DNA from: Mycolicibacterium smegmatis
GTDB taxonomy: Bacteria > Actinomycetota > Actinomycetes > Mycobacteriales > Mycobacteriaceae
DNA: 32,000 nucleotides
Assembly: GCF_001457595.1 (NCBI RefSeq)
Contig: NZ_LN831039.1
Coordinates: forward strand, 3,510,001 to 3,542,000
Reading direction: 5' to 3'
Made by a program: the position numbers and the translations under genes
Notes under the pieces: generated by a model
The model's database searches: none
Seen by the model: the letters and a program-made list of their open reading frames with translations, nothing else
Told to the model about the DNA's origin: nothing
Shown here: positions 17,756 through 24,785 of the stretch, one piece after another
How positions within the stretch are numbered: the stretch's first letter is position 1
How the letters are laid out: each line of letters starts with the position of its first letter

Positions 17756-18735
17756 CAACGTTGGAGGCCATGGTCGATCGAGACCTGCGGGCACTGATCG
17801 ACTCGGTGCTGGCGAACCACGCCTGCCATGACGACCAGAAGCTGTGGCAGACGTTCGGCGAGCTCGGACTCGCCGACCTGACGCAGAGCGAGGAGCGTGG
17901 TGGAAGCGGCGCTTCCTGGCCCGAGGCGGCAGCGCTGGCACGCGCACTGGCTCGCCGCGGTTGCAGGCTGGAGGTGTCCGAGAGCGACCTCGTGGCGGGC
18001 TGGCTGCTCGAGCAGGCAGGTGCACCGCCGCGGCAGGCGTTACGCATCGCACTCTTCGACGACGAACACATCAACGTGCCCACCGCATCCGGTCTCGTCG
18101 AACGCGTCGCGGTGGTCGGCCATGACGGCGAGGAGTATCACGTCAGCGACGTCCCCGTCACGGACATCGGCGGTGACAGGGAGGGTGATCTCCACCGTGA
18201 CGAAGACCGTCGCGATCGCCACCTCATCACCCGGGAGACCTTCGAGCTGGCGCGGACGCGTCGGTCACTGGTGCGGGCCATCCAGATCAGCGCGACGCTG
18301 GAGACCATAGCGGAGCTCGCGATCGAGTACGCGCAAACTCGCGAGCAGTTCGGCCGCCCCATCGGTAAACAGCAAGCCGTGCAACGCATGATCGCCATCA
18401 TCGCCGGAGAGTCGGCACTGGCGCGTGCTGCGACCGACGCCGCGGTGTTGGCCGTCTCCGACGACGCCACGCCCGCAACGCAGGTCGCCGCCATGGTCGC
18501 GGTCGCCCGCTCATGCTGTGGACACGCAGTCGATCCCGTCATACGGAACGCCCACCAGGTGATCGGTGCCATCGGAACCACCCGCGAGCACCCGCTGCAC
18601 GTGTTCACCTCCGCCGCATTGGCTCTTCGCGACCGAGACCGCTCCACTCGGGAATGGGATGCCGCTGTACTCGACTTGACCATTCAGGCACAACCACTCA
18701 GCGACCTCGACCTCACGCCGGTTCGCACCAAATGA
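17752..18735 (+). CDS. Acyl-CoA dehydrogenase family protein (second, shorter partner)
   Basis: I start at ATG 17752, an ATGA overlap with the first ACAD. EYAQTREQFGRPIGKQQAVQRMIA is the ACAD C-terminal domain block. It is 327 aa with a divergent N-terminal half. Confidence 0.75.
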   Translation: MTTLEAMVDRDLRALIDSVLANHACHDDQKLWQTFGELGLADLTQSEERGGSGASWPEAAALARALARRGCRLEVSESDLVAGWLLEQAGAPPRQALRIALFDDEHINVPTASGLVERVAVVGHDGEEYHVSDVPVTDIGGDREGDLHRDEDRRDRHLITRETFELARTRRSLVRAIQISATLETIAELAIEYAQTREQFGRPIGKQQAVQRMIAIIAGESALARAATDAAVLAVSDDATPATQVAAMVAVARSCCGHAVDPVIRNAHQVIGAIGTTREHPLHVFTSAALALRDRDRSTREWDAAVLDLTIQAQPLSDLDLTPVRTK

Positions 18736-18746
18736 AAGGATCAACG

Positions 18747-19166
18747 ATGACCGACGCGACCCGCACCTGCGAGATTCCCGATTCGATGCAGCACAAGGTG
18801 ATCTCGCTTGCCGATGCCCCGGAGATCCCCGGGCGCCGCACCTTCCTGCAGTATTTCGACGTCGGTATTGCCGACGCGAGCAATGGGCTCATCAGCACCC
18901 AGGTGACCAGAGTCCGTGCCGGCATGAGCAATCCGACCGGTTGGCACTACCACGACTGCGTGTTCCAGTGGCTGTTGATCACCAAGGGCTGGCTGGAGTT
19001 GCAGTTCGAAAACGGTGAGAGCAAGCGCATCGAGCAGGGAAGCGTCTGCTTCATCCCGGGTGGCTACCGCCACAACGAAACCGGGACCTCGGATGATCTG
19101 GAGTTCGTCGAGATCTTCATGCCTCCCAAGCCGCGGACTGTTGCTGTTGAATCACCACTGGCCTGA
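18747..19166 (+). CDS. Cupin-domain protein
   Basis: I start at ATG 18747, preceded by an AAAGGA RBS. WHYHDCVFQW...FIPGGYRHNE matches the cupin motif 1 and motif 2 pattern. 139 aa. Confidence 0.7.
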   Translation: MTDATRTCEIPDSMQHKVISLADAPEIPGRRTFLQYFDVGIADASNGLISTQVTRVRAGMSNPTGWHYHDCVFQWLLITKGWLELQFENGESKRIEQGSVCFIPGGYRHNETGTSDDLEFVEIFMPPKPRTVAVESPLA

Positions 19167-19192
19167 ACCATCGCCGAGACAAGGACGTCCGC

Positions 19193-19969
19193 ATGGAACT
19201 GCGTTTCACCGAGTCAGACTCGGTTCTCATCACGGGCGGCTCGCGTGGCATCGGTGCTGCCACCGCACAGCTGTTCGCGGCCGAGGGGGTGGGTCGGATC
19301 CATCTGGTCGGGCGTGACAAGGATTCACTCGAACAGTTGCGTGCCGGTATCGACGCCGACGTGACCTGTCATGCCCTCGACCTGTCCTCACCGACGGATC
19401 GGGCCCAACTGGCCGAAACAGTCGCCGAGACAGACATTTTGATCAACAATGCCGGCGCGATACCGCAGGGTTCCTTGGACGACGCCGATCTCGCGGCGTG
19501 GCAACGTGCCTGGGAGCTCAAGGTGTGGGGATACCTCGAGCTGAGCCAGATGGCACTCAGAGCCATGAAGGCCCGCAAATCCGGAGTGATCGTCAACGTG
19601 GTCGGATTGTCCGGCGAGCGTCCGGATGCCGGATATCTGGCCGGTTCCATGGCCAACTCGGCCCTGATGACCTTCACCCGCGCGGTCGGCGCGTACTCCT
19701 TGGATGACGGTGTACGCGTCGTCGCGGTCAATCCCGGACCGGTGCAGACACAGCGCTTGCTCGATGCGCTGCACGTCAGGGCCCGCACGGATTTGGGTGA
19801 TTCCCAACGGTGGCCGGAGTTCGTCGCGCACTATCCGGCACAGCGTATGGCCACCGCGGAGGAAGTGGCCGACACCATCGCGTTTCTGGCGTCACGTCGA
19901 AGCAGCTACACCAGCGGCACCGTGGTCACGTTGGACGGGGGTATGGCCTGGCGCGGCCGCGCACTGTGA
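19193..19969 (+). CDS. SDR-family oxidoreductase
   Basis: ITGGSRGIGAATA is the cofactor motif and NNAG is present. 258 aa with an AAGGAC RBS. Confidence 0.85.
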   Translation: MELRFTESDSVLITGGSRGIGAATAQLFAAEGVGRIHLVGRDKDSLEQLRAGIDADVTCHALDLSSPTDRAQLAETVAETDILINNAGAIPQGSLDDADLAAWQRAWELKVWGYLELSQMALRAMKARKSGVIVNVVGLSGERPDAGYLAGSMANSALMTFTRAVGAYSLDDGVRVVAVNPGPVQTQRLLDALHVRARTDLGDSQRWPEFVAHYPAQRMATAEEVADTIAFLASRRSSYTSGTVVTLDGGMAWRGRAL

Positions 19970-19978
19970 GTCGTCGGC

Positions 19979-20737
19979 CTAACCGGCCTGCTCCCAACGT
20001 CGGCGGTGCGACGTCAACAGCTCGACCAGTTCGTCCCTGCGGCTGTGGATCTCCTCGTGCGGCCCGACCACGCTGACCGCCGCAACCGTGCGACCACCCT
20101 CACGTACGGCCACGGCCACACCATCTGCGACTTCCGAGATATGCGGCGCCGCACAGACTCCGGTCTCCTGAATCGCTTCGAGTTCGTTCAGGAATCGTTC
20201 GCGGTTCGTGTCCTCCTCGGCAGGAAGTGAACTCAGATAGCTCCATAGGTCCCGGCGCGCGAAACCTGCCAGCAGAACCCATCCACTCGACGTGCGGATG
20301 AGCGACCGGCGTACCAGGTTCTTGGCCAGGTAGTCGTAACGTGGAGTCGAGGAGCAACTGTCGACATAGAACACGCCCTGCCCCACGACGACCGACAGCA
20401 AGGTCGTCAGGCCGGCATCGGCGTGTACCGCCTCGAGCTCCTGATGACCGACCTGTGTCACGAGATGCCGGCCGGCCATGAGGTTCAACAGATACGGTGC
20501 ACCCCCGAGTCGATAGCGACGGTCATGCTCGTCGAGATAACCCGCGGCGACCAGACCGTTGACGAGACCTTGCAGGGAACTCAACGGGGCGTCCAGGAGT
20601 CGGGCGAGTTCGGTGAGCGTGAGCCCGTCATGGTTACGGGCGGCCAGTTCGAGGATGCCGGCAACACGATCGACCATGCGGTGCCGTTTGCGAACGGGGT
20701 TCGCGGGCTCGGAGTGTGCCGAACGCTCGGGGGTCAT
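19979..20737 (-). CDS. IclR-family transcriptional regulator
   Basis: VDRVAGILELAARNHDGLTLTELARLLDAPLSSLQGLVNGLVAAGYL is an IclR wHTH, followed by a C-terminal effector domain. The start is either ATG 20737 or GTG 20755; neither has a clear SD. Confidence 0.85.
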   Translation of the reverse strand: MTPERSAHSEPANPVRKRHRMVDRVAGILELAARNHDGLTLTELARLLDAPLSSLQGLVNGLVAAGYLDEHDRRYRLGGAPYLLNLMAGRHLVTQVGHQELEAVHADAGLTTLLSVVVGQGVFYVDSCSSTPRYDYLAKNLVRRSLIRTSSGWVLLAGFARRDLWSYLSSLPAEEDTNRERFLNELEAIQETGVCAAPHISEVADGVAVAVREGGRTVAAVSVVGPHEEIHSRRDELVELLTSHRRRWEQAG

Positions 20738-20757
20738 GGAACCATTGAACCACACAC

Positions 20758-20771
20758 TACTTAAATACGTA
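20758..20771. promoter_or_regulatory. Operator O3: TACTTAAATACGTA, a 12/14 match to O1
   Basis: Read directly from the sequence. It lies 3 nt upstream of GTG 20755 and 21 nt upstream of ATG 20737 of the IclR gene, and 23 nt downstream of the M20 stop. Confidence 0.5.
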
Positions 20772-20793
20772 GATCACTACGCCGGCGATTGTG

Positions 20794-22125
20794 TCAGTGT
20801 CGCGCTGCCGTGTCTTCGACGCCGCACCATCGCGCGACGAAGAGCGCGATCGACTTGGTGATGCGGCGGACCGACTCGATGTCGACCCGCTCGTCGAAAC
20901 CGTGGATGTCCTTGGAGATCGGACCGTACACCAGCGCCGGGATGTTCGCGTACTGGACGAAGACCCGGCCGTCCAGGTAACCGGGGGTCGTGAAACTCTG
21001 CAGCGGGGCACCGCCGAAGGCGTCGGCGTGGCTCTCCCCCAGGATCGCCTCGGCATCCGAACCCTCCTCCAACACATAGCCTTCGGCGTAGAACCCGGTG
21101 GCCGTCGCCTCGGCCGAGACCGGGTGGCCGTTGCCGTCGTGTTCGATGGCGGCGAGTTCGGCCGTGATCTCGGACCACGCCTCGTCCGCCGTGATGCCGG
21201 GATAGAACGCGATCCTCAGATCGAGTTCGCACCACGCGGGCACGCTGGAGTTCCAGTCGCCGCCTTTGATCTTGCCGACGTTGAGGTTGATGGGGTGCTC
21301 GAGGTCCTCGAAGTGGCGGTGTTTCCCCTTCTCGGCGTTCCAGCGCTCCTCCAGCCTGCGCAACCTCTCGACCACGAAATACGCCGCGTCGATCGCGTTG
21401 AAGCCGGAACTCATCTCGCGGGGGTGGGTGGGATGCCCCGCGACCCGAACGCGGAACCAGATGGTGCCGACGTTCGCGCGGACCAGCATGTCCTCTTCGG
21501 GTTCGGGAATCAGGACGGCGTCGGCCGTGTAGCCGCGCATCAACGCCGAAAGTGAACCGTTGCCCGTGCACTCCTCCTCCACCACGGATTCGAAGTGGAT
21601 GCGGCCCAGCGGTTCCAGTCGGGCGGCGCGTAGTGCGTCGAAAGCGAACAGGTTGGCCACCAATCCGGCCTTCATGTCACCGCTACCGCGTCCGTACAGC
21701 CACCCGTCGACGACCTCGGCCTCCCACGGCGAACGCTGCCACTGGGCTTCCGGACCTTCGGGAACGACGTCGATGTGGCCGTTGAGGATCAGTGATCGAC
21801 CGAGCTCCTGACGGGGGCGGTAGGTGCCCACGACGTTGTCGACGCCCCGGTAGGAGATCTCGACCTTTCCGGCGCCGGGATGTGTCGCGAGTTGCTCGGG
21901 ATCGAGTTCCCAGCGGTCCATCTCCAGGCCGCGTCCCGACATGGCGCCGTAGAGCAGATCCTGCGCGGAAGCCTCGTCTCCGCGCAGGGACGGGTGGCGG
22001 ACCAGCTCTTGCGTGAACTTCAGCTGCCTGTCGAACTGCGCATCCACCGCGGCGAGGATCCGGTCGCGCTGCTCTGGAGTGAGTGCCGGAACGGTGGCGT
22101 GGGTCTTGGCGTGGATAGTTGTCAC
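20794..22125 (-). CDS. M20-family metallopeptidase/deacylase (ArgE/DapE/ACY1/CPG2 type)
   Basis: 443 aa. LNGHIDVVPEGPEAQWQRSPWEAEVVDGWLYGRGSGDMKAG is the M20 catalytic block. GTG start. Confidence 0.85.
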   Translation of the reverse strand: MTTIHAKTHATVPALTPEQRDRILAAVDAQFDRQLKFTQELVRHPSLRGDEASAQDLLYGAMSGRGLEMDRWELDPEQLATHPGAGKVEISYRGVDNVVGTYRPRQELGRSLILNGHIDVVPEGPEAQWQRSPWEAEVVDGWLYGRGSGDMKAGLVANLFAFDALRAARLEPLGRIHFESVVEEECTGNGSLSALMRGYTADAVLIPEPEEDMLVRANVGTIWFRVRVAGHPTHPREMSSGFNAIDAAYFVVERLRRLEERWNAEKGKHRHFEDLEHPINLNVGKIKGGDWNSSVPAWCELDLRIAFYPGITADEAWSEITAELAAIEHDGNGHPVSAEATATGFYAEGYVLEEGSDAEAILGESHADAFGGAPLQSFTTPGYLDGRVFVQYANIPALVYGPISKDIHGFDERVDIESVRRITKSIALFVARWCGVEDTAARH

Positions 22126-22181
22126 GGGATCATCCGCCCATCATGAGTCGAGGTGTCAAATCTGTTGTTTCCGGATCTGTT

Positions 22182-23504
22182 TCAGGAAGTCGCCGGTTGG
22201 TGCTCGACCGGGTCGTGGCGCAGTCGCATGCGTTCGCCGGCCAACCCGCCGATGGCGGTGATGGCACAGATGCCGATGAGCACCAGGGCGGCGGGCCAGG
22301 AGGCGCCGTCGCCGACCGCGAGCAGAGCCGTGGCGATCAACGGCAGGAAACCACTCAGCGCTCCAGCGAGGTTGTATCCCAGCGACACGCCGCTGTACCG
22401 CAACGCAGGCGGAAACAGCTCGGCCAGAAGCGCTCCCGTCACTGCGTAGGCCAGCGTGATCAAGGCGATACCGCACGCGACTGCCGCAGTGATGGCCCAG
22501 GCGTTGCGGGTGTCGATCAGCCAGAACAGGGGGAATGCCGCAACTGCGGTCGTCACCGCCCCGGCGACGGTCATCCGGCCGGGGCCGAACCTCTCAGAGA
22601 GGCGCCCGGCGAAGATGGTCACCGCGATCTGCAGTACCGCGGCCACCAGCGTCGCGTTCACCATCACCTGACGGTCGACCGCCAGCACGTTACTGCCGTA
22701 ACTGACGACGAACGTCGTCATGATGTAGAAGCCACCCACGCCGAGCAACGCGGCCGCCACGGCAACCAGAAGCCGGCCACCGGCGTTGCGCACGAGCTGG
22801 AGTACGGGCACCTCGGCCGCGGCTTCCAGCTCGGCGAGACGCTTGAACACCGGCGACTCCTCCATCGTCAGCCGGATCCACAGCGCCACGCCGAGCAGCG
22901 GGAACGCGGCCAGGAATGGCAGTCGCCAGCCCCACGAATCGAACGACTCCGATGGCAGCATGAGCACCAGGGCGAACGCCCCGGACGAGACCAGAGTGCC
23001 GACAGGCGAGCCGATCTGAACCAGCGCGGCGAACCGACCGCGTTGCTTGATCGGTGAGTGTTCGATGGCCATGGTGGTGGCACCGCCCCACTCGCCGCCG
23101 ACGGCGAGACCCTGTACCAGACGCAGTATCGCGAGCATGGCCGGAGCGGCGATCCCGACGGCGGCATAGTCGGGCAGAACGCCCACCAGCCCTGTCGCAC
23201 AACCGATCATGATGATGGTCGCCAACAGCGCCGGTCGCCTCCCGTACCGGTCGCCGATGTAACCGAAGATGACCGCGCCTATCGGCCGCGCGGCGAAGCC
23301 GACGCCGAAGGTTGCGAACGACGCCAACGTCGCGGCCGCAGGGTCCAGGTCGGTGAAGAACAGCCTGTTGAACACCAGCGCTGCCGCTGTGCCGAACAGG
23401 AAGTAGTCGTACCACTCGAGCGCTGTGCCGACGAACGCCGCAAACGCGATGCGTCTGGCGTCGCTGCCGGAAAGCTCCACCGCTTCATCGGTGACACGAT
23501 TCAT
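22182..23504 (-). CDS. MFS transporter, MHS family (paralogue of 8638-9978)
   Basis: I start at ATG 23504, giving MNRVTDEAVE. LEWYDYFLFGTAAALVFNRLFF is the MHS signature, with about 12 TM segments. Confidence 0.8.
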   Translation of the reverse strand: MNRVTDEAVELSGSDARRIAFAAFVGTALEWYDYFLFGTAAALVFNRLFFTDLDPAAATLASFATFGVGFAARPIGAVIFGYIGDRYGRRPALLATIIMIGCATGLVGVLPDYAAVGIAAPAMLAILRLVQGLAVGGEWGGATTMAIEHSPIKQRGRFAALVQIGSPVGTLVSSGAFALVLMLPSESFDSWGWRLPFLAAFPLLGVALWIRLTMEESPVFKRLAELEAAAEVPVLQLVRNAGGRLLVAVAAALLGVGGFYIMTTFVVSYGSNVLAVDRQVMVNATLVAAVLQIAVTIFAGRLSERFGPGRMTVAGAVTTAVAAFPLFWLIDTRNAWAITAAVACGIALITLAYAVTGALLAELFPPALRYSGVSLGYNLAGALSGFLPLIATALLAVGDGASWPAALVLIGICAITAIGGLAGERMRLRHDPVEHQPATS

Positions 23505-23572
23505 GCCTTCCAGTCTGTTAGCGGATACTCCAACCCACAATCGCAGGGCTCCTAAGAATCGGCCGCTAGAGT

Positions 23573-24712
23573 GTGCAGATGCACAACCGGCTGGAGGGCG
23601 AGGGTCTGCCCGGGGTGACCGCCTGCCTCGCGGATCTCGAGACCATCGCCACTGCTTACGTCCGGCAGGTCCGCACCCTCACCGGCTATGCGAACTCGGT
23701 GGTCAGCGATGACGACCTGCACCAGACCGCCCGCACAACGCTGCGACTGCTGTTCGAGATGATCAAGGGCGAGGACCGATTGGCAGAACTGCAGGAGTAC
23801 TCCGAGAACATCGGCCGCCGCCGCGCACGCCAGCAGGTTCCGCTCGAGTCACTCCTGCGCGCGGTACGAATGGATTTCCCCTTCATCTGGGAGGCGCTGT
23901 CGGCACACACCGCGGGCGGCGCGTCGGCCATCTCGGACTCTGTCGTGTGGATCTGGAACGCCGTCGAACGACACACCACCAACGTGCAGACCGGCTACCT
24001 CGACGAAATATCGAGGGTGAACGCCGAACTCGAACTGGAGCGCAACTTCCTGCTCCGGCAACTGCTCAGTGAGGGCAGCCGAGACCCACAGCTCCATCGG
24101 CAGGCGGCCGCCGCACTCGGTCTGCCTGCCGACGGCGAATTCGTCGTGGTCGTGTCAGGGGACCAGTACCCCAACGAATTCGCACGGTCGATCGCCCACT
24201 GCGCCCCTCGGTCACCGGTACTACAGCTCGAAGGTGTCGAGTTCGCCATCCTCACCGCAGACGCGTTGCAACCTGAGGCAGCGAGGGTTCTGCTCGACAT
24301 CCCGGCTGGGATCTCGCCTCCCGCGAGCGGCCTCTCCGAGATAGCCGGCATGTGGCACCTCGCGCGTGAACTGTCCGGGTGGGCTGAACCCGGCCGCGCC
24401 GCCACAGTGGCCCTGCACTGGGACAAGATCGCCGCACAGCGCCTGGGCGTCGTCGGAACAGCTTTTGTCAGACAGGCTTTGGCCCAGCTGTCGTCACTGC
24501 CTCCGCGCGATCAGACCTTGCTCACGGACACGCTGCGCATCTATCTCGACACCGGTTCCGTCACCGAGACCGCTCGCAGGCTCTACTGCCATCGCAACAC
24601 CGTCATCAACCGACTGGCCAGGGTGACCAGCAGTACCGGCCTCGACCCGGCAGTCCCTCGCGATGCGGGCGCGTTGCGACTGCTGCTGGCGGTCGACGCA
24701 GCCGCCGACTGA
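23573..24712 (+). CDS. PucR-family transcriptional regulator
   Basis: The C-terminal LLTDTLRIYLDTGSVTETARRLYCHRNTVINRLARV is a PucR-type HTH. 379 aa. The start is GTG 23573 or ATG 23579. Confidence 0.8.
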   Translation: MQMHNRLEGEGLPGVTACLADLETIATAYVRQVRTLTGYANSVVSDDDLHQTARTTLRLLFEMIKGEDRLAELQEYSENIGRRRARQQVPLESLLRAVRMDFPFIWEALSAHTAGGASAISDSVVWIWNAVERHTTNVQTGYLDEISRVNAELELERNFLLRQLLSEGSRDPQLHRQAAAALGLPADGEFVVVVSGDQYPNEFARSIAHCAPRSPVLQLEGVEFAILTADALQPEAARVLLDIPAGISPPASGLSEIAGMWHLARELSGWAEPGRAATVALHWDKIAAQRLGVVGTAFVRQALAQLSSLPPRDQTLLTDTLRIYLDTGSVTETARRLYCHRNTVINRLARVTSSTGLDPAVPRDAGALRLLLAVDAAAD

Positions 24713-24775
24713 TGACGTCACATTCTTGAAACTTCACGACAACATCTAGGTCATCGACTGCGCCGACGATCTTGG

Positions 24776-24785
24776 TGTGATCACA
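24776..24785. promoter_or_regulatory. 10-bp perfect palindrome TGTGATCACA overlapping the putative GTG start of the GntR::amidase ORF
   Basis: Read directly from the sequence. The GT...AC core fits the general GntR/FadR operator pattern. The half-site ATCACA recurs about 27 bp downstream. An alternative start is TTG 24804. Confidence 0.3.

Noticed and set aside
16460-18052. Very long ORFs antisense to or out of frame with the called genes. Examples are 16460-18052(-) at 530 aa, 13984-15408(-), 13457-14596(-), 4952-5911(-), 1327-2517(+), 2743-3651(-), 20777-21571(-), 22119-23057(+), 27947-28966(+) and 29822-30991(-).
   Set aside because: Their translations are Arg/Pro/Gly/His-rich and low in complexity, with no recognisable motifs. 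They lie opposite ORFs with clear family signatures. This is the expected stop-codon-poor artefact of G+C-rich DNA.
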